From the NCBI GenBank assembly GCA_963806225.1, contig CAWDXG010000004.1, positions 864,001 through 928,000 on the forward strand: a stretch of 64,000 nucleotides of DNA. The letters are read 5' to 3'. Shown piece by piece: positions 9,339-20,746 of the stretch. The first letter of the stretch is position 1. The number at the start of each line of letters is the position of its first letter. Source of the DNA: an uncultured delta proteobacterium. GTDB taxonomy: Bacteria > Myxococcota_A > Polyangia > Polyangiales > Polyangiaceae. The notes under the pieces were generated by a model that saw only the letters and a program-made list of their open reading frames with translations, made no database searches and was not told where the DNA came from. The translations under genes and the position numbers were made by a program.

Positions 9339-10787
9339 CAGCTGCCCCCCCCGCGCCGCGCGAGCCAGCGGCAGCGCACCAGCCGCACCACGACCGCGTC
9401 GGGATCGTCGGGCGACTCCTCCAGCCTTTCCATCAGGCCCAGCACGTCGGCGCGGCGCGCCACGCCCCCCAGCACGGCCAGCGCTTCCAGCAGCGCGCGC
9501 TCCGGGGGCTCAACGAAGCGCAAGCGCTGCTCGACCCAGTGGCGCGCGTTCTCGCCGCGTCCCCTGCCCGCAGTGCGCACGCGGACCACGAGCTCGGCAC
9601 CGTCCCACACCAGGTCGCCGGCCTCGATGCTCTCGGCCACGGCTTCACGCACGGCGAGCGGCGACCCCCGCCCGCGGCGGCCCCAGCGCTGGGCCGCGCG
9701 ATCGCCGAGCGTGCCGCCGCTGGCCGCCCGGGCGAGCGCGGCGGCCTCGGCGCCGTGCAGGGCCGCGAGCGCGAGCTCCGCCGACACGGGCAGCTCGGCG
9801 AGAGCAACCGGCAGCTCTTCCGCGGCACCGATGCGCGCGACCACCCTGAGCTGCTCCTGCTGCGCGGCGGCGGCGATCGCCGCGAGCGTGTCGGCGTCCA
9901 CCTCGCGGGCGTCGTCCACGACGACCAGCGCCTCGCCCTGCGCCTCGGGGCTCATGCGAAGCCAGGCGCCGATCAGCGTTGCCGCCGCGTCCACGTCCAG
10001 CCCCTCTCCCCCGAGCAGGCTCTCGAGCAGCGCTTCTGCGACCGGCTCCAGCCCTGTCGTGTCCACGCCCTCGGCGCGAGCGCCGGCCAGCGCGAACGAG
10101 AGCGCGCCGAGCGGCTCGCCCGCCGCGTGGGGACCGACGTGCAGCGTGCGGGCGGAGGCGTGCTCGTTGGCGATGTCCTCGAGCAGGCGCGAACCGCCGC
10201 TCCCCCGGTCGCCGCGGACCACGGCGACCTCGCCTGGCGCGAGCACCAGCTGTTTCGCGTGCGTGCTGCCGACGTGCTCGGGCGGCTGCAGGTGGCTTAC
10301 GCCGGCGGCCACCACGCTGCGCCACGGGTGCGCCAGATCGAGCCGCAGGCCGCGGAAGCGCGAGCGGCCGAACATGCCGAGCCGCGCGCCGCGGACGAGC
10401 ACCTCGCCGTCATCGAGCGCCGGATCGAGCAGCACCTCGCCCTCACGCGCGACGTGGGCCAGCGCCGTGGCGCGCTCCAGCGCCGGGCCGGCGGCCAGCG
10501 CTACCTGCGAGCCGGCGCCCAGCACGACAGAGACCTCGTCCGGCCGCCACGCCGGCACTGAATCCGGCCGGCAGCGCGCCGCCGCCCTCGTCATCGCGCT
10601 CGCCGAGCACCAGCTCCACGGCGTCGTCGAGCACCTCGAAATCGAACGCGACGCTGCCCACGTGCCACGCCACCACGCGACCACCTAGCGCTTCCGAACG
10701 GCGCATCAACGACTGCGCCGCCCCGACGGGATCCGCCTCCGGCGGACTATCACGCCAGTGAAAGCTGACCACGACGCGCATGGCCAT
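9338..10787 (-). CDS. Degenerate class III cyclase-like plus P-loop/AAA-like protein (one frameshift)
   Basis: ORF 10443..10787 joined to ORF 9338..10684. GPALERATALAHVAREGEVLLD resembles the cyclase C-terminal motif. Also VVRGDRGSGGSRLL (Walker A without Lys), LVVVDDA (Walker B) and GRGSPLAVRE. Confidence 0.55.
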
Positions 10788-10831
10788 CAGCGGCGCCTGG
10801 CGGCCCCCCGGACTGTCGGGCGATCACGCAT

Positions 10832-11572
10832 TCACTTGCCGACGCGGATCTTCTTCTTCAGCGCCGACAGTTCGTCGTCGACCTCGCTCGAAGCGCCGCC
10901 GTCGCCTCGCTCCTCCGCGGCGCCCCCGTGCTCGAGCGCCCGGAACCGCGCTTCCACTTGGTCGCGCGTCATGCCGCCCGGGCCGCGCCCTCCGCCGAGC
11001 GCTTCGTTCACCTCGGCCTGCGCCTGGATGGCGGTCTCCACGCCCTCGATCTGGTCCTCCATGCGCCGGAACTCGTTGAAAACGCGCTCGCTCCACCGCC
11101 GGCACCGAGCCCCTCCGCGCCGCCGCCGGCCTTGGCCTGCTTGGCGCGCGCGATGAGCGTGCTCTTCTTCGCCTTGATCTCCTCGACCTTCTGCTCCATG
11201 CGCTCGAGCTCGGCCTTCATCTCGAGCGCCTGCCCGCGCTGCTCGGCGCGCAGCGCCTCGGCGCGATCGCGCTCGCCGGTGAGCCGCTTCTTCTGCAGGA
11301 GCGCCTCGCGCGCCAGCTCGTCGTCGTCGTGGCGCACGGCGAGCTCGGCGCGCTTGGCCCACTTCTCGACTTCCTTGTCGAGCTCCTCGACCTTCTTGCG
11401 GAGCTGCTTCTCCGCCGCGACGCCGCGCACGACTTCCTGGCGCGCCGCGCGGATCTGCTGCTGCATCTCGCTCCAGCGTCAGCTCGATGGACTTCTTCGG
11501 GTCCTCGGCCTTGTCGAGCAGCGCGTTGAAGTTGCTCGAAATGACACGCCCCATGCGATCGAAAACGCCCAT
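10832..11572 (-). CDS. pspA: PspA/IM30 family protein (frameshifted)
   Basis: MGVFDRMGRVISSNFNALLDKAEDPKK; coiled coil AELAVRHDDDELAREAL; C-terminal VDDELSALKKK. Confidence 0.9.
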   Translation of the reverse strand: MGVFDRMGRVISSNFNALLDKAEDPKKSIELTLERDAAADPRGAPGSRARRRGGEAAPQEGRGARQGSREVGQARRARRAPRRRRAGARGAPAEEAAHRRARSRRGAARRAARAGARDEGRARAHGAEGRGDQGEEEHAHRARQAGQGRRRRGGARCRRWSERVFNEFRRMEDQIEGVETAIQAQAEVNEALGGGRGPGGMTRDQVEARFRALEHGGAAEERGDGGASSEVDDELSALKKKIRVGK

Positions 11573-11729
11573 GCGCTAGACCATGCCACGCCGCCGCGCG
11601 GCTGCCCAGAGGCGCCGGATGGCGACTTTCCGCGGGATTCTCTGGGGGTCCTGGCAGCCACTCCACGCCGCAGATACGCCACGCTCGCGCCGCGCGGAGC
11701 GTCCCGGCCTCGCCGCGAGACGAGGGACG

Positions 11730-11756
11730 AACCGCCAAGGCGCCAAGAGCGCCAAG
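11730..11756 (+). repeat. Triple CGCCAAG short repeat
   Basis: aaccgccaaggcgccaagagcgccaag. Confidence 0.7.
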
Positions 11757-11786
11757 GGGGTCCGGGCCGAGCGCGCAGCTTCGAAC

Positions 11787-11951
11787 CCGGAATGTCGCTC
11801 CAACCGACAACGAGCGCGTCATGCTGCGGCTTGGGTCCGGAAATGTCGGTGAGGCCGACGACAGACGCCGCAAGCTATAGCTTGGCGCCGGAAATGTCGG
11901 TCCAACCGACATCCAGCGCGTCATGCTGCGGCTTCCAGCTCGAAATGTCCG
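11787..11951. repeat. 51-bp tandem repeat array with internal hairpins
   Basis: G(G/A)AATGTC at 11789, 11840, 11891 and 11942; hairpin atgtcggt-cca-accgacat; alternate units share agcgcgtcatgctgcggctt. Confidence 0.85.
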
Positions 11952-12177
11952 TCTCGCGCGGGGCCGAGCGCGCGACCGCCTGCCCGGTCAGCTCGAGCGC
12001 CTCGAGCAGTGCGAGCCGGTCGGCGTGCTCGAGATTGTACTGGGCGCGCAAGCCGGGCTTGGTGGCGACGCGCCAGCGGTAGCCGGTGCCGACGGGTCCG
12101 CGGCGCACGCGGCGGCGGCCGATGGCGAGCTCGAGCGTGGCGAACCAGATATCGGCGCGGGCGATGCGCGCCGTCAT
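11875..12177 (-). CDS. Hypothetical protein whose 3' end runs into the 51-bp array
   Basis: 100-aa ORF starting 16 nt after the lpdA stop, with host-like codon usage in its first ~75 codons. Confidence 0.45.
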   Translation of the reverse strand: MTARIARADIWFATLELAIGRRRVRRGPVGTGYRWRVATKPGLRAQYNLEHADRLALLEALELTGQAVARSAPRETDISSWKPQHDALDVGWTDISGAKL

Positions 12178-12193
12178 CTCGGTCGGCTCGCGT

Positions 12194-13618
<1,425 letters not shown>

Positions 13619-13663
13619 GCGGCCGCGTGTTAGCGGAAGCCCGCGCGCGTCACAAGCTCCCGC

Positions 13664-14784
13664 TCAGTGCGACTCGGCGCGGGCGGGACGAGAGCAGCTC
13701 GGCGCGCTCTTCCTCGAGGTTCCACGGCAGGCGAGGCGTAGACGTCGTCGAACAGCGTCTCGCGCTCGGGCGGGCCGTACTGCTCGACCTCGTTGACGGC
13801 CGCCGAGAATCTCCTCGCCGAGCTCCTGGTCGATCTTGCGCTTCGAGCGCGTCGTCAAGCACGCCGAGGTAGGCCAGGTGGCGGCGGAAGCGATCGACGG
13901 GATCCTTCTTCGCCCACTCCTGGACCTCTTCCTCGGAGCGGTAGCGCGTCGGGTCGTCGCTCGTGGAGTGGGCGCCCATGCGGTAGGTCACGCACTCGAT
14001 GAACGTCGGCCCGCCGCCTTCGCGCGCGTGCTGCGCCGCGTCGCTGACGGCGCGGTAGACGGCGAGGATGTCGTTGCCGTCGACGCGCAGGCCCGGCACG
14101 CCGTAGGCCTTGGCCTTGACGGCGATCGTCTGCGACGCCGTCTGCCGCGACGTGGGCACGCTGATCGACCAGTGGTTGTTCTGGCAGATCATGACGCACG
14201 GCACGCGGAACACGCCCGCGAAGTTCATCGCGTTGTGGAAGTCGGGCTGGCTGGTCGCGCCGTCGCCCATGAAAGCCCACGGTGACGATGCGATCGCCGC
14301 GCTTCTTCGCCGCCCAGGCCGCGCCTACGGCCTGCGGGATCTGCGGGCCGATGCAGCTCGACCAGGAAACCTGGTTCACCTCGCGCGCGGACATGTGGCT
14401 CGGCATCTGCCGGCCCTTGAGCACGTCGTAGCCGTTGCCGAACACCTGCGCGAGGTAGCGCGTGAGCGGGAAGCCGCGCACCAGCATGATCGCGCTCTCG
14501 CGCAGCGCCGGGAACACCCAGTCGCCCGGATCGAGCGCGAAGCCGGTGCCAATGGGCGGCGCTTCCTGTCCGGTGCAGCTGCCGTAGAAGCCGATGCGGC
14601 CCTGGCGCTGCAGCGCGACCATGCGCGTCTCGAGGATGCGCACGCGGCGCATCTCGCGGTACATCGAAAGGAGCACGTCCGGCGCCAGGAACGGATCGGT
14701 TGCCGGATCGGTGCGGCCGTCGTCGCGCAACACGCGCATCAGGCCGAGCGTGGGGTCCTGGTTGGCTTCGTTGACCTCGCTCAT
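13664..14784 (-). CDS. 2-oxoacid (pyruvate or branched-chain) dehydrogenase E1 alpha subunit (frameshifted)
   Basis: LQRQGRIGFY; KGRQMPSH; ThDP motif GDGATS..QNN; YRMGAHSTSDDPTRYR. Confidence 0.9.
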
Positions 14785-14883
14785 GATGGGGGACGACGCT
14801 TAACACGAGCCGAGGCGCGGCGGCAGCCCCCGTGACAGCGGCCGCGCGGAGGCCCCCGCGTCGCGGCGTTTCTGCGGTGCGGC

Positions 14884-15936
14884 TCAGAGCCCGGCGTCGC
14901 TGCAGCTGATGCCCGGGTTCGTCCCGCCGTCGAGCCCGAGCGGATCGCCGCAGTAGCCCTTGTGCCCGAGCTGGCTCTCGAGCGTGGCGTTGTTGAAGGG
15001 CAGGCAGACTAGATCCGGATCAAGACAGTCGCTGTTGCAGTCGCAGGTCTGCCCGCAGGCGCCCTGGTCGCCGCGCCCGGCATTGGCGTCGTAGACGAAC
15101 ACGCAGTAGGCGTCCGCCGGACCGCTGCCGTCCCAGCCACAACTCGGCACGGCGCCGATGGTGCAGCGCTCGGAGCAGGTATACGTGAACGGCGCGCCGC
15201 CGAACGAGTGCACCACGCCGCCGCAGGTGCCGCGGCATGGGTCGGCGCCCGCGTCGGAGCCCGGAGCGGGGCACGACGAGCCGACCGGCAGCCCCTGCGC
15301 CGCCTGATCGTCGCACAGGCCCGTGCGCGGATTGCAGGTGCGGCCGCCGCAGTCGGCGTCGCTGTTGCAGTTCGGCCGGCAGTAGCCCTTCCCGGTCGAG
15401 ACGTTGTTCGAGTCGTAGACAGGCTCGCACGCCAGCTCGTGGCGTCCGTGACACTTGCCGGGATCGAAGTCCGTCAGCGAGTCCGGCCCCGCCGAGCAGC
15501 CTTCGAGGCAGACACCGTGCGGCGAGCCGGGCGCGCCGAGATCCACGCACACCGCGGCCGGATCGATCGCGGTGCAGATGCTGGAACTCGACTTGCCGAG
15601 ATCGGCGGTGCAGTCGGCGGTGCACAGACCCTTGGCGGGGCCGGCGCCACCGAGCTCGGTGCTGTCGGCGCCGAGGCAGGTGAGACCGGCGGCACAGTCC
15701 TGGCTTGTGCTGCAGGCGCGGCCGAGCGGCGTGGTTGCTGCCGCGTCCCCGCCCACGCCCGCGCCGCCACCGGTGCCCGCCCCGCCATCAACGCCTCCGG
15801 TGCCGGCGCTGCCGCCCGCTCCAGAAGCGTCGCCGGTGGACGAGCCGCCGTTGTTCGAGCTGCTGCACGCTGCCACGAGGGACAGCGCCAGGCCGAGAGC
15901 CACCCCGGCAGAAAGCGCGCGCATTGTCGGTGTCAT
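14884..15936 (-). CDS. Cys-rich lipoprotein
   Basis: Signal peptide and lipobox LVAAC; Gly-rich DAG linker; more than 25 Cys. Confidence 0.75.
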   Translation of the reverse strand: MTPTMRALSAGVALGLALSLVAACSSSNNGGSSTGDASGAGGSAGTGGVDGGAGTGGGAGVGGDAAATTPLGRACSTSQDCAAGLTCLGADSTELGGAGPAKGLCTADCTADLGKSSSSICTAIDPAAVCVDLGAPGSPHGVCLEGCSAGPDSLTDFDPGKCHGRHELACEPVYDSNNVSTGKGYCRPNCNSDADCGGRTCNPRTGLCDDQAAQGLPVGSSCPAPGSDAGADPCRGTCGGVVHSFGGAPFTYTCSERCTIGAVPSCGWDGSGPADAYCVFVYDANAGRGDQGACGQTCDCNSDCLDPDLVCLPFNNATLESQLGHKGYCGDPLGLDGGTNPGISCSDAGL

Positions 15937-16038
15937 CCAGGACCTTGGACGTGCCACGCCGCCGATCGAAGCACTCCCACGTGCGGCCCGCGGGCCGGAG
16001 AAGCGGCACGGGTCGCGACTGCTAGGCTCGGCGCGGCC

Positions 16039-17064
16039 ATGTACACGCCTTCCCCGCTGCCGCGCACGCTCGAGGCAGCCGTCCGCGACGTGACGCACAA
16101 GAAGCCCGAGGTGCGGATGTCGGCGGTGCGCGACCTGGGCCGAATCGCTGGTGGCGACGAGCGCAAGGCCGCGCTCGCGGCGCTGGTCAGAGCGCTCGAG
16201 CACGACGAGACCGCCGCGGTGCGGTCCGAAGCGGCGATCGCGCTGGCCGACGCGCAGGCCCACGAGTGCCTCGGCGCGCTCGTGGCAGCGCTGGACGACG
16301 GACACACGCGCGTGAGGCAGATGGCGATGCTAGCGCTCGGCGAAACGGCCCGGCCCAGCGACAAGAAGGCGCGAGGCATCATCGAACGGGCGCTCGGCGA
16401 TGGCTCGGCCGAGGTGCGCTTCCAGGCGCTCATCGCGATGCACCGCATCGCGGGCGACGACGCCGAGCAGGCCGTGCTCGCCAAGACGCACGACGACGAC
16501 GCGCACATCCGCCACGTCGCGCTGCGCCTGGCGGAGGAGCGCCACCTGGAAGCGGGCGGCGAGCTGCCCGAACCGCTCAGGCTGCGCGCGCGCGGTGCGC
16601 TCAGGGACGACGCTCCATCGGTGCGGCTGGCGGCCGCCGTCCTGCTCGCACGGGCCGGCGACGAGGCGGGAAAGCAGGTGATCGCCGACGCAGTCAATTC
16701 CGGCAAGGGCGTGGATCCGGAAGACGAGCAGGCGGCGATCCAGCTCGCTGGCGAGCTCCGCATCGAAGCGGCGCGCGGCGGGCTCATGCAACGCGCCTGG
16801 AGCATGCTGCCGACGCGCCGCCCCCGCTACAAATGGCAAGCGCGCATCGCGCTGGCGGCGCTGGGCGACACACGCGCACGCCAGTCGATCCTGCGCGGGC
16901 TGGATTCGTGGTCGCGCGATGCGCGCACGCTGGCCGTCGCGGCGGCGGGCCGCGCGGGGCTGTCCGAAGCGCGCCCGCTGCTCGAGGCGATGAGCCGCGA
17001 CGCGGCCCGGGCAGACCCGGAAGCCGTGCGAGAAGCGCTCGAACAGCTAGGCGAGCGCGAGTAG
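16039..17064 (+). CDS. HEAT-repeat protein
   Basis: Repeats VRMSAVRDLG, VRSEAAIALA, VRQMAMLALG, VRFQALIAM, VRLAAAVLL. Confidence 0.85.
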   Translation: MYTPSPLPRTLEAAVRDVTHKKPEVRMSAVRDLGRIAGGDERKAALAALVRALEHDETAAVRSEAAIALADAQAHECLGALVAALDDGHTRVRQMAMLALGETARPSDKKARGIIERALGDGSAEVRFQALIAMHRIAGDDAEQAVLAKTHDDDAHIRHVALRLAEERHLEAGGELPEPLRLRARGALRDDAPSVRLAAAVLLARAGDEAGKQVIADAVNSGKGVDPEDEQAAIQLAGELRIEAARGGLMQRAWSMLPTRRPRYKWQARIALAALGDTRARQSILRGLDSWSRDARTLAVAAAGRAGLSEARPLLEAMSRDAARADPEAVREALEQLGERE

Positions 17065-17083
17065 GTTTTCGACTCGAACCGAC

Positions 17084-17833
17084 ATGAGGGGCACATTCCG
17101 CTCGGTGATCGAATCGCGCTCGGCGCTGGTCGTTGCCGCGACCGTAGGCGCCGTCGTGCTGCTCGTTCACGCCTGGCACCGGCGGCAGGCAGGCCGCCAC
17201 CCCGACGCCCCGAGCGTGACAAGCGTGCCCCCGCCACGACCCCGACCGTCGACTCGACCGGCAGCGTCACCGACACCTCCCGCCTCTGCGTCCGCCAACG
17301 GATGGCGATCTCTGCCTCGCGAGCCCACCACCTGCGGCCCGGCACCCGTGGTGCTCGAACTGGAGCCAACGCACGTCTCGAGCGCGACCAGGAACTCGGT
17401 GAACCCCATCACAAGGAAGTCGCCCCAGTCTCATCCACACGAACTCACGGCGCCGGAACAGCGCACTGCCCAGGGACTGATCCACAAGGCATCCGCCACC
17501 GAGCACGCACCGGACTGCGCATTCATCTCGCTGCCCGACGGTTCGTCGTTTTTCCTGAAGGGAACCAGATCGTCCTGCCTCGACGGCTGCGAGGTCTCGA
17601 CCGGAGGGCTCACGCCCGGCATGGCGAAGTGGATGCTGGCGTTCGCCACCGCGACGTCCATGACCATCGGGGGGTTCGATAGCGCGTTCATTCCCGAGGG
17701 AGTCCGCTCCGAGCACGCGGGCAGATCGTACGCGCGCACGGTGAAGAACCCCCAGCAGCTTTGGCACTGGGTCCAGAAGGCACAAGCGGCCGACGAGCAA
17801 TACCGCGCGCAGGTCGTGCACTCCCTCCAATGA
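17084..17833 (+). CDS. Hypothetical membrane-anchored protein
   Basis: N-terminal hydrophobic anchor and Pro-rich linker; no recognisable domain. Confidence 0.5.
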   Translation: MRGTFRSVIESRSALVVAATVGAVVLLVHAWHRRQAGRHPDAPSVTSVPPPRPRPSTRPAASPTPPASASANGWRSLPREPTTCGPAPVVLELEPTHVSSATRNSVNPITRKSPQSHPHELTAPEQRTAQGLIHKASATEHAPDCAFISLPDGSSFFLKGTRSSCLDGCEVSTGGLTPGMAKWMLAFATATSMTIGGFDSAFIPEGVRSEHAGRSYARTVKNPQQLWHWVQKAQAADEQYRAQVVHSLQ

Positions 17834-17956
17834 TGACCGCCCGGCGGTAGCCCGGGTGGGGGGGGGCGGCAGCTTCTTCGGGGCGCCAGGCTGGGTTTCG
17901 TCAAGAGGGCGCACGCGGCGGTTGCAGTGCGGGGGCGGCAGTGGCTGGATGGCGGC

Positions 17957-18943
17957 ATGGCACGGCCCGGGTGGAACGCAGTCCGCTTCGATCCCTCGCG
18001 GAAGGGCGGACACGTCGAGAGCTACTTCCTCAAGCTGAACGATCCCACCGGGCGCCGCGCGCTGTGGCTCAAGGCGACGATCCTGGCGCGGCCAGGGCGC
18101 GACCCGGTGGCGGAGGCCTGGGCCATCGCGTTCGATCGCGAAGGCGAGCACGTGGGCGTCAAGCAGGTAGTGCCGTACGAGGACGCACGGTTTGCACGCG
18201 AGGGCTTCGATGTGGAAGTAGCGCACGTGCACTTTGCCGACGGGCACGTGGAGGGCGACATCGAGCACGATGGACACCGCATCGATTTTTCGCTCGACTT
18301 CGACGCGGGCGGTCCGCCCCTGATCCCCTTTCCCAGCCTGAAGATGTACGAGACCAAGCTGCCGAGCTCGAAGCTGGTCACGCCGCATCCCGACACGAGC
18401 TTCTCGGGACAGTTCTCGGTCGACGGCGGCGAGCAGGTGTTGGTCGACGGCTGGCGCGGCATGCAGGGGCACAACTGGGGCGCACGGCACGCGGAGCTGT
18501 ACGGCTGGGGGCACGTCAACCAGTGGGAGGGCGAGAGCGACCTCTTGCTCGAGGGCGTCACAGCGCGCGTCAAGCTCGGCCCGGTGCTGGCGCCGCCGCT
18601 GACGCTCGTGTGCGTGTGGCACAAGGGCGTGCGCTACGAGTTCAACGCGCCGCGCGAGCTGCTCCATGCGCGCGGCAGCATCACGCCGCGCAGCTGGCGT
18701 TTCTCTGCGGAAAACCAGCAGGCGCGCGTGGAAGGCGAGCTTTCCGCCGACACGCGGGATTTCGTGGGCCTGTACTACGAGAACCCGAACGGCGAGATGA
18801 CCTACTGCCTCAACTCCAAGATCGCAGAGGGGCGGCTACGGCTCGAAGTGAAGGGGCGCCTGCCGCTCGAAGCCACCACGCACTCGGCCGCGCTGGAGAT
18901 CGGCACGAAGGACGCGTCGCACGGCGTCCGCATGCTGGTGTAG
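17957..18943 (+). CDS. Hypothetical protein, tocopherol-cyclase/AttH-like fold
   Basis: Beta-rich sequence with ESYFLKLNDP and GMQGHNWG..YGWGH. The fold assignment is by recollection only. Confidence 0.5.
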   Translation: MARPGWNAVRFDPSRKGGHVESYFLKLNDPTGRRALWLKATILARPGRDPVAEAWAIAFDREGEHVGVKQVVPYEDARFAREGFDVEVAHVHFADGHVEGDIEHDGHRIDFSLDFDAGGPPLIPFPSLKMYETKLPSSKLVTPHPDTSFSGQFSVDGGEQVLVDGWRGMQGHNWGARHAELYGWGHVNQWEGESDLLLEGVTARVKLGPVLAPPLTLVCVWHKGVRYEFNAPRELLHARGSITPRSWRFSAENQQARVEGELSADTRDFVGLYYENPNGEMTYCLNSKIAEGRLRLEVKGRLPLEATTHSAALEIGTKDASHGVRMLV

Positions 18944-18985
18944 CGCGAGCCAGGCCCTGGTCGGTTCCGCCCCGCGCTCTCCAGG

Positions 18986-20290
18986 CTACGGCCCGGTAGG
19001 CAGCGCGAAGTCCTTGATCACAGCCATGTGCTGCATGCCGTTCACGCCGGAATCTCCCGCCTGGACCGGCGCGACCTCGGACAGCGGCGTGTACACGCGG
19101 CTGTCGAACACCAGCCCGGAAGCGTAGCTGCTGGCGCCGATAGCGACGGGAAGCTCGCGCTGGGCCAGGGCGGCATTGGGCAGGACCCAGTCGTAGGGCT
19201 TGTTGCGGTTTGCGTTGGTGCGGTCATTGCCGTTCTGGTCCGCGGGGCGCGTTCCGTTCGTGACCACGACGGAAGACAGCTCGCCTACGGCCAGCTCGGT
19301 GGTACTGCCCGTGTTGAGATCGCCTCCCACCACCAGATAGCCCCCCGCAGGCACCTGCGCCTGGATGTCGGCGACCAGATCCTTGGCCTCCTGGGCGCGG
19401 GTAGTGGTCGTGGACGTCTTCATGTGGACGCTCACCGCCCACAGATCGATCGGACCGGGCACGTCGATGCGCGCCCAGACGAAATCGCGATCCGGAACGC
19501 TCTGGTCCTGCCACTCGCCGTAGCCGGTGATCGGGTAGCGGCTCACCACGCCGTTCGGAATGCCCCCAACCTGTGCCTCGCGGTAGAAGCAGAAGCTCGT
19601 TCCGAAAGCCGTGTCGACGAGATCGCGGAGTGTGCCGTGGCGGTACTTGAACTCCTGGACCATCACGATGTCCGGCGCCAGCCCCTGGAAGATGCGGATG
19701 CCGGGCAGCTCGTACGACTGGTAGTTATCGCTGGTGATGTTGGCCGCCACGATGCGCACGCGCACGGTAGCGCCCGCGTCCGGCTCTGCGGCGTCCGCCG
19801 GCGAAGCCTCCGCGGCGGCGTCAGGCAGCGGGGCGTCCGGCGCGGCATCCAGTGCGGCGGCGTCGGACGCCGAGGAGTCGACGGCAGCATCCACGGCCGT
19901 TCCGGCTTCCGGAACGCCACCCGCACCTGACGCGGGGCAGTCGAAGATCCCGCCGGTCGTGCTGCCACCCTGCCCTCCCGCGCCGCCCTGGCCTCCCGCG
20001 TCGACGCCACCTCTGCCGCCCTGGCCTCCCGCGTCGACGCCACCTCTACCGCCCTGGCCCCCCGGAGCTCCCGCCCCTACGCCGCCCTGCCCTCCGGCAT
20101 CGAAGCCGGCGCTGCCGGAGCCCCCGTCGAGCCCGCCGCTGCCGGCGACGCCGCCGGAACCCGCTGCCGCATCGAGCCGGGTTCCTGCGCTTCCCCCGGA
20201 AGACGCAGGGCTGACCCCGACGGGTTCGTCGGAGCAGCCCTGGGCGCAGGCGAGCGCCAGCAACGCGAAAGCAAGCAGAGAACGCCGCAT
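18986..20290 (-). CDS. Endonuclease/exonuclease/phosphatase-family lipoprotein
   Basis: Lipobox AQGC; Gly/DA linker; AANI, PDIVMVQEF, GGDLN, YDWVL, MQHMAV. Confidence 0.85.
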   Translation of the reverse strand: MRRSLLAFALLALACAQGCSDEPVGVSPASSGGSAGTRLDAAAGSGGVAGSGGLDGGSGSAGFDAGGQGGVGAGAPGGQGGRGGVDAGGQGGRGGVDAGGQGGAGGQGGSTTGGIFDCPASGAGGVPEAGTAVDAAVDSSASDAAALDAAPDAPLPDAAAEASPADAAEPDAGATVRVRIVAANITSDNYQSYELPGIRIFQGLAPDIVMVQEFKYRHGTLRDLVDTAFGTSFCFYREAQVGGIPNGVVSRYPITGYGEWQDQSVPDRDFVWARIDVPGPIDLWAVSVHMKTSTTTTRAQEAKDLVADIQAQVPAGGYLVVGGDLNTGSTTELAVGELSSVVVTNGTRPADQNGNDRTNANRNKPYDWVLPNAALAQRELPVAIGASSYASGLVFDSRVYTPLSEVAPVQAGDSGVNGMQHMAVIKDFALPTGP

Positions 20291-20367
20291 CGTCGTCGCA
20301 GGCTACCCCTGTCGCGTCACGAACGCACGCGCCCTCCCACAGCAGCGGGACGGTCGTGGAGCTCTCG

Positions 20368-20746
20368 CTACGTTTCGTCCGACGGCGTCGCGAGCAGCGC
20401 GTCGCCGATCGCCGCGCGCAGTGCGCTTGCGTCGAAGGGCTTGCGCAGGAGCTTCGCACCGAGCCCAGCAATCTCCGACTCGTCCTCCGGTCGTGCGAAG
20501 CCGCTGATGAGCACGACGCGCGTGTGGGGCCTCTGCATCCCGCACCCACGCGGCGACCTCGAGACCATCCGGCGGCGGCATGCGGATGTCGCAGATGACG
20601 AGATCGAACACCCCGCGCTCGAGCGCCCACAGCGCGCCCGCGCCATCGGCTTCTGCGACCGCTTCGCCGAACTCGGTCGCGATGCGCCGCACCACGCGGC
20701 GCACCAGCTCGTCGTCGTCGACCACCAGGATGCGAAAGCCGCTCAT
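20368..20746 (-). CDS. Single-domain response regulator (one frameshift)
   Basis: ILVVDDD; DLVICDIRMP; then VVLISG..LRKPF in the second frame. Confidence 0.85.

Noticed and set aside
7406..10561. 1051-aa ORF and other long Arg/Ala/Pro-rich ORFs (e.g. 2300..4405, 20975..23131, 60756..63404)
   Set aside because: Shadow frames of real genes in high-GC DNA, with no domain motifs.
11573..11590. Sigma54 promoter for pspA (TGGCATGGTCTAGC)
   Set aside because: GG-to-GC spacing is 9 rather than 10 nt, and the site is too close to the ATG.
11787..11951. CRISPR array
   Set aside because: Units are degenerate, the would-be spacers 1 and 3 are near-identical, the period is only 51 bp, and no cas genes are present.
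17868..17876. G9 tract as a phase-variation switch
   Set aside because: A single intergenic homopolymer in an indel-prone assembly, with no supporting context.
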